37,665 nt of DNA, from the sequence record SRR31156797_11979; one strand, given 5' to 3'. The translations under genes and the position numbers were made by a program. Within the stretch, counting starts at the first letter, position 1, and the number at the start of each line of letters is the position of its first letter. Below the pieces are notes generated by a model. It was given only the letters and a program-made list of their open reading frames with translations. It had not been told where the DNA came from and made no database searches. Positions 1 to 8,845 of the stretch are shown here, in pieces.

Positions 1-41
1 CCCCAGACCCCATCCCTTCAAAACTTTTTAATAAGCTTCGC
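1..41 (-). repeat. Dispersed intergenic palindromic repeat, partial copy (cut by window edge)
   Basis: Reverse complement gcgaagcttattaaaaagttttgaaggg closely matches 37605-37632 (gcgaagcctattaaaagtttttgaaggg) and resembles the copies at 175-249 and 8774-8845. Confidence 0.75.
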
Positions 42-174
42 ACTGTGTCCCGGAAGATTTTTAACTTCATCTCTAATTTATTTTTACCCGGCAGAGCGTC
101 GTTCAAGCTTTAATACAAATTTCCGTCTTGGGTTTACTTCCAAGGCACACTTGAAGAATTAAAACAGACTAAAA

Positions 175-249
175 CCTACTAAAAGGTTTTGGGATACTTA
201 AACCCTTTTGCAAAAGGGTTTAAGGTCCCCGGCAGGGTCCCCGAAGGCA
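175..249 (+). repeat. Dispersed intergenic palindromic repeat (REP/MITE-like)
   Basis: cctactaaaaggttttgggata, then a perfect 28-bp palindrome cttaaacccttttg|caaaagggtttaag (197-224), then ccggcagggtccccgaaggca; matches the reverse complement of 8774-8845. Confidence 0.8.
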
Positions 250-255
250 AATAAA

Positions 256-1071
256 ATGAAAGTATTACGTAAAATGATTAGTATAGATGAAGATTTGTGT
301 GACGGTTGCGGTCAGTGTGTACCGGGCTGTGAAGAAGGCGCGTTGCAGATAATTGATGGCAAGGCAAAGTTGGTTGCTGAAAAATATTGCGACGGCCTGG
401 GCGCATGTCTGGGCGAATGTCCTACCGGCGCACTGAAAGTTATTGAAGTTGAAGCTGATGACTTTGATCCTGAAGCAGTTAAGGAGCTGCTGACCGAGCA
501 GGGCCGTGAAGTGCCGAACCATATGCCTGATCCTGAGAGTTTGCGCCTGAATGGTGCGAAAGCCAAGCCTGCTTCCGGCGGCTGCGGTTGTGCGGGATCG
601 AAGATTGAGGCTTTTGCTCCGGCAGCATCTCCCTGCCAGCAGGCCAATGTGCCTACTGATGCAGAGGCCGGACCTTCGCAGCTGACCCACTGGCCGATTC
701 AGATCCGTCTGGTGCCTGCGGACGCTCCGTTCCTGAAGGGTGCAGACCTGCTGCTGACCGCAGACTGTGTGGCGGTATCAATGCCTGGTTACCATGAAAG
801 ATTTTTGCCCGGTAAGAAGGTGCTTATGGGGTGCCCTAAGTTTGACGATGTACAGATGTATGTGCAGCGTCTGGCTGAAATTTTCAGCGTAAGCGGCATC
901 AAGTCCATCACCGTGCTGGAAATGGAAGTTCCCTGCTGTTCCAACTTCAGCAGAATTGTGGCTGCTGCTCTCAAGCAGGCCGGGGCTGATATTCCGGCAG
1001 AAAAAATTATTGTGAAGCGCACTGGTGAAATCAAGGCCAAGACTACCCTTGACCAGCCTGTACCTCTCTAG
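256..1071 (+). CDS. 4Fe-4S dicluster (ferredoxin-domain) iron-sulfur protein with Cys-rich C-terminal domain
   Basis: CDGCGQCVPGC and CDGLGACLGEC motifs; C-terminal WPIQI, ADC, GCPKFD and EVPCC motifs. ATG 256 preferred because the TTG at 208 lies inside the repeat. Confidence 0.85.
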   Translation: MKVLRKMISIDEDLCDGCGQCVPGCEEGALQIIDGKAKLVAEKYCDGLGACLGECPTGALKVIEVEADDFDPEAVKELLTEQGREVPNHMPDPESLRLNGAKAKPASGGCGCAGSKIEAFAPAASPCQQANVPTDAEAGPSQLTHWPIQIRLVPADAPFLKGADLLLTADCVAVSMPGYHERFLPGKKVLMGCPKFDDVQMYVQRLAEIFSVSGIKSITVLEMEVPCCSNFSRIVAAALKQAGADIPAEKIIVKRTGEIKAKTTLDQPVPL

Positions 1072-1117
1072 GATTCGTAAATAAGGATTCATCTACCTCC
1101 TTTCTGATATACAAGCT

Positions 1118-1158
1118 GAAACGGGGCATCTCCGAGTTGATCGGAGATGCCCCGTTTC
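1118..1158. terminator. Long hairpin between convergent genes (probable terminator)
   Basis: Perfect 18-bp stem gaaacggggcatctccga / tcggagatgccccgtttc with a 5-nt loop. Confidence 0.8.
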
Positions 1159-1185
1159 TATTTAGAAAAAGACTATTTTTAGTTT

Positions 1186-1236
1186 TAAGCCGCCGGAGGT
1201 GGAATGCTTCAATCAAAAGTGCGCTAGCGCATCAAA
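1186..1236 (+). repeat. Degenerate repeat fragment (gccgccggagg ... agcgcatcaaa module)
   Basis: taagccgccggagg...agtgcgctagcgcatcaaa aligns with the reverse complement of 18713-18756 (gccggaggcat...agcgcgaagcgcatcaaa). Confidence 0.6.
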
Positions 1237-1917
1237 TCAATTCATAATATCCTGCTCAAAACCGGGTTGGTTGTTGAACTGGTCCGGCACGTAGCGTGGT
1301 TGGGTTGAAGATTGAGCGGGAGCACGTTTTTCGTACGGACCGGCGGTATTGACCATGGGATAGATATCCGGGTCTTCTTTGATGGGCAGCAGGGATTTTG
1401 TTTTGGAGTTGAGCGGTACGGTCCAATCCCATGCTCCTAGGATTTCTCCGTCCGAAACAGTGGAAACTGCGGCGGTGATGAAAATTTGTTTTTTGCCAAC
1501 GGAATAAGCCCCGGCGAGAACGCATTTTTCCGGCGGAGCCAGATCTTCATCCAGAGCGGTCAGGGGGAAGCGGGAACTATCAGCAACAATAGCGAATCCT
1601 TTCTGGGCAATGCGTGAGGCAACCTGTTCGGTGAGCACCTTGGCGAAGTCGGTCTGCAGAGTACTGCCGCGTAGCCGGAACATGGATACGGTGATGGGAG
1701 ACCCCGGAGGCAGCCTTTCTTCAAGCTGGCTCGAAATATGGTCCCCGGCTTTGTAATTCAGTTCCACCATGGGGGTATTATTTTCTTCGAAAAATGGTCC
1801 GGTGGTGGGCCGTTTGCCAAGATAGTCCAAAGTTCGTTCCTTATAGCCCGCTGAACATGCGCTAAGGGCCAGAAGTGCGGCCAGTGCCATTATCAAGCTG
1901 ATTATTCTGCCTTTCAT
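1237..1917 (-). CDS. FlgO-family outer-membrane lipoprotein
   Basis: Signal peptide with lipobox LSAC; FlgO-like core (ITVSMF...TDFAKVLTEQVASRIAQKGF...VLAGAYS...ITAAVSTVSDGEILGA); sigma54 promoter upstream. Confidence 0.65.
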   Translation of the reverse strand: MKGRIISLIMALAALLALSACSAGYKERTLDYLGKRPTTGPFFEENNTPMVELNYKAGDHISSQLEERLPPGSPITVSMFRLRGSTLQTDFAKVLTEQVASRIAQKGFAIVADSSRFPLTALDEDLAPPEKCVLAGAYSVGKKQIFITAAVSTVSDGEILGAWDWTVPLNSKTKSLLPIKEDPDIYPMVNTAGPYEKRAPAQSSTQPRYVPDQFNNQPGFEQDIMN

Positions 1918-1977
1918 GGAAGTTCCCTGTTTTTAAATATGAGCAATATTGCAATGGTTTGCTGACGCTAAATTAGA

Positions 1978-1993
1978 TGCAATGAAAATGCCA
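1978..1993 (-). promoter_or_regulatory. sigma54 (-24/-12) promoter
   Basis: Minus strand TGGCATTTTCATTGCA, exact GG-N10-GC spacing, about 60 nt upstream of the lipoprotein start. Confidence 0.75.
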
Positions 1994-2100
1994 CGGAGTA
2001 AAAGAATCGCTTATACAGCCTCTTGACCCCGTGGCACTTTGATTTGCGTTGGCAAAACCGGGCAGATAAAGCCGGAAAAATGGCTCCGCCCCAGTCAGGA

Positions 2101-2928
2101 TCAATCCAGCCGGGAAATAATTTCTTTAATCAGAGACGACATGGCAGCTGAAGATTTCGCGGCCTGTTCGATTACAGCTTCATGGGTTGTTTCAGCCATG
2201 CAGTCCGGCAGGTTTTTGTTGGTCAGGCAGGCGATGCCCATGATTTTGATGCCCATGTGAACAGCGGCAATGGCTTCAATGGCGGTGGACATGCCCACAG
2301 CATCGGCTCCCAGTCTCTTGAACATACGGGTTTCGGCCGGGGTTTCAAGGTTCGGTCCGGTTACCTGCACGTAAACGCCGCGCTCGAGGCGAATTCCTTC
2401 GTCCTTGGCCGCGGAAACGGCGATGGCGCGTAGTTCATCGCAATAGACTTTGCTCATGTCCGGGAAGCGTACCCCCCAATCATCGTTATTGTGTCCGGTT
2501 AGCGGGGAATGTCCGGTGAAGTTGATCTGGTCGGTGATCAGCATCAGGTCTCCGGCATCAAATTGTGGGTTGAGAGCGCCGGCGGCATTGGTAATGAAAA
2601 TTCTTTTTATGCCCAGTTCGCCCATGACCCGTACCGGGGTGCAGGCCTCTGCTGCGGTGTATCCTTCATAGATATGAAAACGTCCACTGAACACAAGTAC
2701 TGGTTTTTCTTCTATAAACCCGTAAATGAGGCTGCCGGAATGCCCCTTGACAGTGGATTGCGGGAATCCCGGAATTTCCGAGTAGGGGATTTCAATGGCT
2801 GAATCAAGCCGGGTTATGGCTTCGCCAAGACCGGAACCGAGAATGATTCCAGTGGCGGCAGCTTGAAAATTATCTATCTTTTCTAGTATATGCCTGCTAA
2901 TAGTATGTATAGATTCCGGGGAGGTCAT
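2101..2928 (-). CDS. punA: Purine-nucleoside phosphorylase (trimeric PNP-I/XapA type)
   Basis: GIILGSGLG, STVKGHSG, GRFHIYEG, TNAAG, GPNLETPAE, GADAVGMST, TN motifs. Confidence 0.92.
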   Translation of the reverse strand: MTSPESIHTISRHILEKIDNFQAAATGIILGSGLGEAITRLDSAIEIPYSEIPGFPQSTVKGHSGSLIYGFIEEKPVLVFSGRFHIYEGYTAAEACTPVRVMGELGIKRIFITNAAGALNPQFDAGDLMLITDQINFTGHSPLTGHNNDDWGVRFPDMSKVYCDELRAIAVSAAKDEGIRLERGVYVQVTGPNLETPAETRMFKRLGADAVGMSTAIEAIAAVHMGIKIMGIACLTNKNLPDCMAETTHEAVIEQAAKSSAAMSSLIKEIISRLD

Positions 2929-3038
2929 AGGTTATTTTACTCGTAGTTTCGGGTTTAATGTACGGAAGGTGCATAAAGATGTACCATGATACCTCTATCA
3001 TCCGTCTTAACTAGTAACTTAAAAGAGAACGGGATTCT

Positions 3039-3791
3039 ATGGATTTTTCCACTTTAATCGGGATGCTGGTCGGGCTTTCCCTTGTTGTCGGTGCGATTTT
3101 TATCGGTGGGGCTGTTGATGTATTTATCAATATTCCCGGTATGATGATCGTTATCGGTGGAACTTTGGCCTCTATCTGCGTTGCTTTTCCTTTTGAAGAG
3201 GTATTGCAGGCCATGCTTGCTGGTTTCAAGGCTTTCTCTTCCAGAAAGGTCAAAGTAAATGAAGTCGTGAACATCATGGTCAAGGTTGCTGAAATCAGCC
3301 GCCGTGAAGGTCTTATCGCTCTTGAGAACGTCCAGACAGAGAACGTTGTTCTGCGCAAATCATGTCAGTTGATCGCGGATAATGCCGATCCTGAACTTAT
3401 CCGCGCCACTTTGCAGATTGAAATTTCAGCCATGAAAAGGCGCCATAAGATCGCACAGGACGTATATAAGCGTCTTGCTGGGTTGGCTCCTGCTTTCGGG
3501 ATGCTTGGTACCTTGATCGGTCTGGTTCAGATGCTGTCCAACTTGCAGGACCCTGCATCCATTGGTCCGGCCATGGCGGTGGCAATCCTGACCACATTTT
3601 ACGGTTCCCTGCTGGCAACCCTGCTTTTTATTCCCATCGGTGCCAAGCTTAGGGCTAGAACTCTTCAGGAACAACTGCATCTTGAGATTATTTTTGAGGG
3701 TGCCAAGTCCATCCTTGAGAATAACAACCCCCGTCTGGTTTACGAGAAGCTTTCTTCGTTCCAGGCTCCCAAGGACAGAACCGGAGATTAA
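3039..3791 (+). CDS. motA: Flagellar stator A subunit (MotA/PomA)
   Basis: N-terminal MDFSTLIG, IVIGGT, RREGLIALE, APAFGMLGTLIGL, GPAMAVAILTTFYG. Confidence 0.93.
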   Translation: MDFSTLIGMLVGLSLVVGAIFIGGAVDVFINIPGMMIVIGGTLASICVAFPFEEVLQAMLAGFKAFSSRKVKVNEVVNIMVKVAEISRREGLIALENVQTENVVLRKSCQLIADNADPELIRATLQIEISAMKRRHKIAQDVYKRLAGLAPAFGMLGTLIGLVQMLSNLQDPASIGPAMAVAILTTFYGSLLATLLFIPIGAKLRARTLQEQLHLEIIFEGAKSILENNNPRLVYEKLSSFQAPKDRTGD

Positions 3792-3794
3792 GCC

Positions 3795-4547
3795 ATGGAT
3801 GATGAACTCCTGAAAGGTTCGCTGCTGGCCGGTGATGATGATGCAGATGAGGATGAGCCTAATGAGTGGATAACCACCTTTGCGGATTTATCCATGCTGT
3901 TGCTGGTTTTCTTTATCCTGCTATATTCCATGTCCGAGATTGATGCTAAAAAGTTTGACATGACATTTCAGTCGGTCAGCAAATCTATCAGTGGGAAATT
4001 GCAGAAGATTGCTACCAGCAAGGTTTCCCGTGAGGAAGCCGGGGCCATTCTCAATCAGGTTGTCACCCGCAGGCAGATCATCAAGGCTCAGCGCAAGGTA
4101 TTTGAAGATGTGAAATACCTTCAGACCACCAAGGGCGTTGAAGGGATCATGAGTGCCAAATTTGAGGACGGTAAAATTACCATTAAGCTGCCTTCTGATG
4201 TGCTCTTTAATCCCGGGCAGGTTCAGTTGAGTAAAAAAGGGCGGGCCGCAGTAAAAGCCTTGAAGAACTTTTTTATCAGCCATTCTGACCAGTACATCAA
4301 TATCAAAGGATATACTGATGATACTCAGCCCAGCAGTAAGAGCCGGTTGAAAGATAACTGGGAAATTTCATCTTTGCGCGCGGTAAATGTGTTACGCTAC
4401 CTTATGAAATTAGGAATTAAGCCGAATAGACTTACCGCGACGGGGCTTGGGGAAATGGACCCCCTTGTTCCCAATAATTCGAAGCGAAACCGTCAGCGTA
4501 ACCGACGGGTTGAGTTTGTTTTGGATAAGATAATGACCGGGCCTTAA
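3795..4547 (+). CDS. motB: Flagellar stator B subunit (MotB/PomB), OmpA-like C-terminus
   Basis: WITTFADLSMLLLVFFILLYSMS TM helix with conserved Asp; GYTD, NWEISSLRA, NRRVEF. Confidence 0.93.
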   Translation: MDDELLKGSLLAGDDDADEDEPNEWITTFADLSMLLLVFFILLYSMSEIDAKKFDMTFQSVSKSISGKLQKIATSKVSREEAGAILNQVVTRRQIIKAQRKVFEDVKYLQTTKGVEGIMSAKFEDGKITIKLPSDVLFNPGQVQLSKKGRAAVKALKNFFISHSDQYINIKGYTDDTQPSSKSRLKDNWEISSLRAVNVLRYLMKLGIKPNRLTATGLGEMDPLVPNNSKRNRQRNRRVEFVLDKIMTGP

Positions 4548-4682
4548 ACTTGTGATTATTAAAGATTAACAACATTATGATTTCACTCTCAAAGTAAACG
4601 TGGTTTTATTTTGCGGAGCAGATTTTAGGATTATTGTTTTGTCTCAACGGTGTTAACCAGTTGAATGTGATTGGAGAGAAGA

Positions 4683-5048
4683 ATGGATATTTCATTCGAT
4701 AGTAGTTCGGCAAGAGGAGCTTTCCGGACCAGTCTTCCTGGACTGGCCCTCAGGATTGAAGGTTATCCTTCCCCTTACAGTGTGAAGGATTTCAGTGTTA
4801 ACGGTCTGGCCTTTTCCGCTGGTAAAGATAGTTTTGATGTGGACCAGCAACTCAAGGTGGATTTTGTTCTTGGTAAAAAAGAACTTTTGACCGGACTGGA
4901 AGTCAAAGTTGTGCGTGACATCGGCAAAGGGCTGATGGGCTGTATTTATGTTGGGCTGGATAAGTATCAGGAAGCTCGTCTTGATAAGCTGGTTTTGGAA
5001 GTCCAGAAACGTATGATCTTGCTGCGTAAGAAAAAAGGCGCGTCTTGA
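4683..5048 (+). CDS. Single-domain PilZ protein (c-di-GMP effector)
   Basis: RxxxR (RGAFR) and DxSxxG (DFSVNG) motifs; GGAGAG RBS before ATG 4683 (alternative TTG at 4671). Confidence 0.8.
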   Translation: MDISFDSSSARGAFRTSLPGLALRIEGYPSPYSVKDFSVNGLAFSAGKDSFDVDQQLKVDFVLGKKELLTGLEVKVVRDIGKGLMGCIYVGLDKYQEARLDKLVLEVQKRMILLRKKKGAS

Positions 5049-5069
5049 TTTTTCGGTCGGTGATCTACT

Positions 5070-6488
5070 GTGTATAAAGGTGAACATAAAGTCCTCATCG
5101 CCAATCGTGGTGAGATTGCCATCAGGATAGCCAAAGCCTGTCTGGAGCTTAATCAGAATTTTGTCTGCGTCTATACTGAAGCGGATAGCGAAAGTGGGCA
5201 TGTGCGTTTTGCGCGGGAGAACGGTGGCGAAGCTAGCCTCTTCTGCATCAGTTCTTACCGGGATGCCAATGAAATCTTCAGTGTTGCGGACTGTAGTGGA
5301 GCTTCGGCTATCCATCCGGGATACGGTTTTTTTGCCGAGGATTTCAGATTTGCACGCCGGGTGGTGAAGAGGGAAAAACCGCTTGTTTTTATCGGGCCTT
5401 CGTGGCGGGTGATTCAGGAATTGGGTGACAAGATCAACACAAAACGTCTTGCACGCAGTTTGGGAGTACCAACTGTTCCGGGGTCCGATAGTCCGATTTA
5501 TGATGAACTTGAGGCTGTCGAACTTGCCGACAGCCTTTTCGCATTTCAGAGAGAACAGGGATTTCAGGCCCCGGCCATCATGGTCAAAGCTTCTGCCGGA
5601 GGCGGGGGTATGGGGATTGAGGAAGTCAGTGATCCCGATGAGTTCCGTTCCGTTTATCGCCGTATCCGTAACTACGCCAAGCGTCAATTTAATGATGAAG
5701 GCGTGCTCATTGAGCAACGTATCTACGGATTTAACCACCTTGAGGTGCAGGTGGTTTGCGAGCGCAGTGGTGAAAAACACGTTCATTTCGGGACCCGCAA
5801 TTGCTCGGTGCAGAGCAGCGGCAATCAGAAGCGGATTGAGGTTGCTCCCGGATTTGCTTCTGGAGAAATTCACTATATTTTTGATGCTTCCGGGGTGCTG
5901 GACAGCATTACCGAACATTCCCTGTCCATGGCCCGGGCGGTTAATTATGATAATGTCGGCACATGGGAATGGATTGTTACCCCGCGTGGTGAGCCATTCC
6001 TCATGGAGGTCAATACCCGTATTCAGGTTGAGAACGGGGTTTCAGCTGCCATTTCATCTATTAAGGATGAGCGCAATGTAAATATCGTGCGTGAGCAGGT
6101 TCGTCTCGGGCTGGGTGAATCTATGGGGTACACTCAGGCTGATGTGGATCTTTCCGGAGTAGCTATTGAGTACCGCATTATTGCCGAGAATCCGGATAAT
6201 GATTTTGCTCCGTGGGTAGGAACTATTGAGGAGTTCGGCTGGCAGGAAGAGAAATGGCTTGAGGTTTACACACAGGTACCCACTGACCGCCCCTATGAAA
6301 TTCCTACTGAATTCGACCCCAATCTTGCTTTGGCAATTGTGCGTGGTGAAAATTTGGAACATGCCAAGCAGCGTGGTGTGGAATTTTTAAATGGTCTGAT
6401 TCTGTCTGGGCAGGACCGGGCGGGACGGAAGCTTGAGTCCAATATTTCTTATTTGATTGATAAAAGTTCCGGTTTGCTGGAATTTTAG
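5070..6488 (+). CDS. accC: Biotin carboxylase (ATP-grasp), divergent AccC-like
   Basis: KVLIANRGEIA, IHPGYGF, FIGPS, VPGS, VKASAGGGGMG, HLEVQV, EVNTRIQVE. Confidence 0.88.
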   Translation: MYKGEHKVLIANRGEIAIRIAKACLELNQNFVCVYTEADSESGHVRFARENGGEASLFCISSYRDANEIFSVADCSGASAIHPGYGFFAEDFRFARRVVKREKPLVFIGPSWRVIQELGDKINTKRLARSLGVPTVPGSDSPIYDELEAVELADSLFAFQREQGFQAPAIMVKASAGGGGMGIEEVSDPDEFRSVYRRIRNYAKRQFNDEGVLIEQRIYGFNHLEVQVVCERSGEKHVHFGTRNCSVQSSGNQKRIEVAPGFASGEIHYIFDASGVLDSITEHSLSMARAVNYDNVGTWEWIVTPRGEPFLMEVNTRIQVENGVSAAISSIKDERNVNIVREQVRLGLGESMGYTQADVDLSGVAIEYRIIAENPDNDFAPWVGTIEEFGWQEEKWLEVYTQVPTDRPYEIPTEFDPNLALAIVRGENLEHAKQRGVEFLNGLILSGQDRAGRKLESNISYLIDKSSGLLEF

Positions 6489-6518
6489 TATTTTGTGCTG
6501 AAATAATTCAGGATTTGT

Positions 6519-8771
6519 ATGAATATTGATAAGCGCATCGACGCTCTTGCGGAACGGCTCAACTACATTAAGGATATTTTCGGTAATCTCGAAAATGCCA
6601 ATATTTCTATGCTCAGTTCAGAGTTGGATGAGTTCCGTGATTTGCGGGGAACCATTTCAAACAAGGATTCCCTGAGCAAACTTGCCCGCCTTGAAGATTT
6701 ATTTTCTTTTCTTGAATCCAAGCTGGAAAAAGAAGTGACTCCCATGGACCGGGTGCGCATAGTGCGTCATCCGCAGCGTATCTGCCTGACCGATATTCTG
6801 GAAAATGTTTACGATAACTACACTGAACTTGGCGGGCTGGGTGAATTCAGCATCGATCCTTCCATGCTTATTGCGCAGGCCTATATTACCCGTCGTGTGG
6901 GGCAGAAGGTTGTCCATCAGCCGGTTATGGTCATCGGGCAGGAAAAAGGGCACGGGCAGGAGTTCCGTAACGGTGGCTCAGTCAAGCCATGGGGGAATGC
7001 CAAGGCTCTGCATTATATGAAGGTTGCGCAGGCTGAAGGGATTCCCATTCATACCTATATTTTTACCCCCGGTTCTTATCCCATTGAAGATTATCCCGGA
7101 GCGGCGCAGCAGATAGCCAAGAATATTTATGAGATGGGCAAGATTGATGTGCCCATTATTTCCGTTATTTCCGAAGGTGGTTCCGGCGGTGCTGAAGCTA
7201 TCGGCTTTGCCGACCGCAGGCTTATGCTCTCTCATGGCTACTACTCGGTCATTTCCCCGGAAGGGGCGGCGGCTATTGAAGCCAATCTTCGCAACGGCAA
7301 ACGGGTGGATGATTCCCTGATCGAAAATTGCGCGCGTAAGCTCGGTATTACTGCCGAGGATAACTTGAAAATGGGTTACATTGACCGCGTAGTGCAGGAG
7401 CCTCACCTAGGGGCCAAGCCTGCCAGCTATGATTTTTTCCGTACCCTGCGTTCCGAGGTTATTCGGGCCACCAATGAGGTTTGCATTTCTGTGAAGGGAC
7501 TTAAACTTTTCCGGGCCATGGCTCTCAAACAGAAGGGGCCGGAAGAGGGTGAGGATGTTTTTATGCGCTGGGCCTTAAGCTCCCGCGCCCGGACGCGTTT
7601 GGTCGAAAAACGTTACGAAAAATTTCGCAGTCTTTCCACCTCCACCTACATGGATCAGCGTTCCTTATTTATGAAGATGGGCGCGGCAGCGCAGGGGATT
7701 GCTTGGTCTACCAAGTCGCTCTTTGTCTATAATCTTGTGGGGCGTACCGTGCGTGCGGCTAAACAGGGAATGGAAGAAATTCAGGCCGAGGCTCATCTGG
7801 TCAAGGAACGTACCGCGCGTCTTTTAAAGAAAAGCACGGCCGATAATGGTTCGTCGGTTAAGATTTCAAGTGACGTGCGCGACAAGTTGCTTTGTCTTTC
7901 CACTTCGGATCAGTCTCCTTGTTTTGAGGAAGGGCGCTGGATGTACAGTAGTCCCAAGTGTAAGGATGACCGTACTTTTTCCTGCCCAAACTCAGCTACT
8001 GAGGGGTGCCTTGATCTCTGGGCGCCAGATTTATTCGGAGATTTTGCCGGGGTGTGCAGTAATTGCGGACACCATTTTCCCATGGAATATCAGTGGTATT
8101 TGTATAATGTTTTTAATTATGCCGAAGGGTTTGAGTTCAACTCCGGCATAGAATCAGGGAATCCACTGGGGTACGAAGGTTTTGATCTTAAGCTGGATGA
8201 GGCCCGCAAGAGAACCGGTTTACGTTCTTCCTGCATCACCTTTGAGACCCGCATGGACGGGATTAATGCCATAGTTATCTGCCTTGCAGCTCCGTTCCGG
8301 GGAGGGTCCGTGGGCGCGGCTGAAGGTGAAAAGATCATCCGGGCCGCGGAAAGAGCACAGCGCAAGCAGTTGCCGCTTATTTTTTATGCCCATGGCACAG
8401 CCGGAATACGCATTCAGGAAGGAACCAACGGTGTGCTTCAGATGCCTCGTTGCACCATGGCCCTGCGTCGTTACGTGGATGCCGGTGGTTTGTATCTGGT
8501 GATTTATGATACCAATTCTTACGGCGGGTCCGTGGCAAGTTTTCTGGGCTGTTCCCCTTATCAGTTTGGGATACGCTCTTCCAAAATTGGATTTGCGGGG
8601 CCGCGGGTCATTACCGAGACTACTGGAATTCCCATTCCACCGGATTACCACAATGCGTGGAATGCTCTTGCCCGCGGGCATATTCAAGGAATTTGGGATC
8701 GGCGTGAAATGGGCCGAAATATCGGGCAGGCTCTCATGACCATGGGTGGCCGGAATTTGTATTATAGGTAA
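6519..8771 (+). CDS. Acyl-CoA carboxylase carboxyltransferase, fused alpha (AccA-like) + beta (AccD-like) subunit
   Basis: N-part: RHPQR, IGQEKG, TPGSYP, EGGSGGA, YSVISPEGAAAI. C-part: Zn-ribbon CP...C...CSNCGHHF, GGSVG..EGEKI, GIRIQEG, GFAGPRVI. Confidence 0.88.
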   Translation: MNIDKRIDALAERLNYIKDIFGNLENANISMLSSELDEFRDLRGTISNKDSLSKLARLEDLFSFLESKLEKEVTPMDRVRIVRHPQRICLTDILENVYDNYTELGGLGEFSIDPSMLIAQAYITRRVGQKVVHQPVMVIGQEKGHGQEFRNGGSVKPWGNAKALHYMKVAQAEGIPIHTYIFTPGSYPIEDYPGAAQQIAKNIYEMGKIDVPIISVISEGGSGGAEAIGFADRRLMLSHGYYSVISPEGAAAIEANLRNGKRVDDSLIENCARKLGITAEDNLKMGYIDRVVQEPHLGAKPASYDFFRTLRSEVIRATNEVCISVKGLKLFRAMALKQKGPEEGEDVFMRWALSSRARTRLVEKRYEKFRSLSTSTYMDQRSLFMKMGAAAQGIAWSTKSLFVYNLVGRTVRAAKQGMEEIQAEAHLVKERTARLLKKSTADNGSSVKISSDVRDKLLCLSTSDQSPCFEEGRWMYSSPKCKDDRTFSCPNSATEGCLDLWAPDLFGDFAGVCSNCGHHFPMEYQWYLYNVFNYAEGFEFNSGIESGNPLGYEGFDLKLDEARKRTGLRSSCITFETRMDGINAIVICLAAPFRGGSVGAAEGEKIIRAAERAQRKQLPLIFYAHGTAGIRIQEGTNGVLQMPRCTMALRRYVDAGGLYLVIYDTNSYGGSVASFLGCSPYQFGIRSSKIGFAGPRVITETTGIPIPPDYHNAWNALARGHIQGIWDRREMGRNIGQALMTMGGRNLYYR

Positions 8772-8773
8772 GA

Positions 8774-8845
8774 ATGCTTCCGGCGGCTTAATATTTTTTG
8801 GAAAAGATATTAAGAATCCCAAAACTTTTTAGTAGGGCCTCGCCG
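8774..8845 (-). repeat. Dispersed intergenic palindromic repeat, full-length copy
   Basis: Reverse complement cggcgaggccctactaaaaagttttgggattcttaatatcttttccaaaaaatattaagccgccggaagcat; same flanks as 175-249 but a different hairpin stem. Confidence 0.8.

Noticed and set aside
208..255. N-terminal extension of the Fe-S protein from TTG 208
   Set aside because: Lies within the palindromic repeat; the ferredoxin domain starts right after ATG 256
2032..2047. sigma54-like TGGCACTTTGATTTGC on the plus strand
   Set aside because: Spacing is GG-N11-GC (one too long) and it points antisense into punA
4692..5918. 408-aa minus-strand ORF
   Set aside because: Antisense shadow of pilZ and accC with no recognisable motifs
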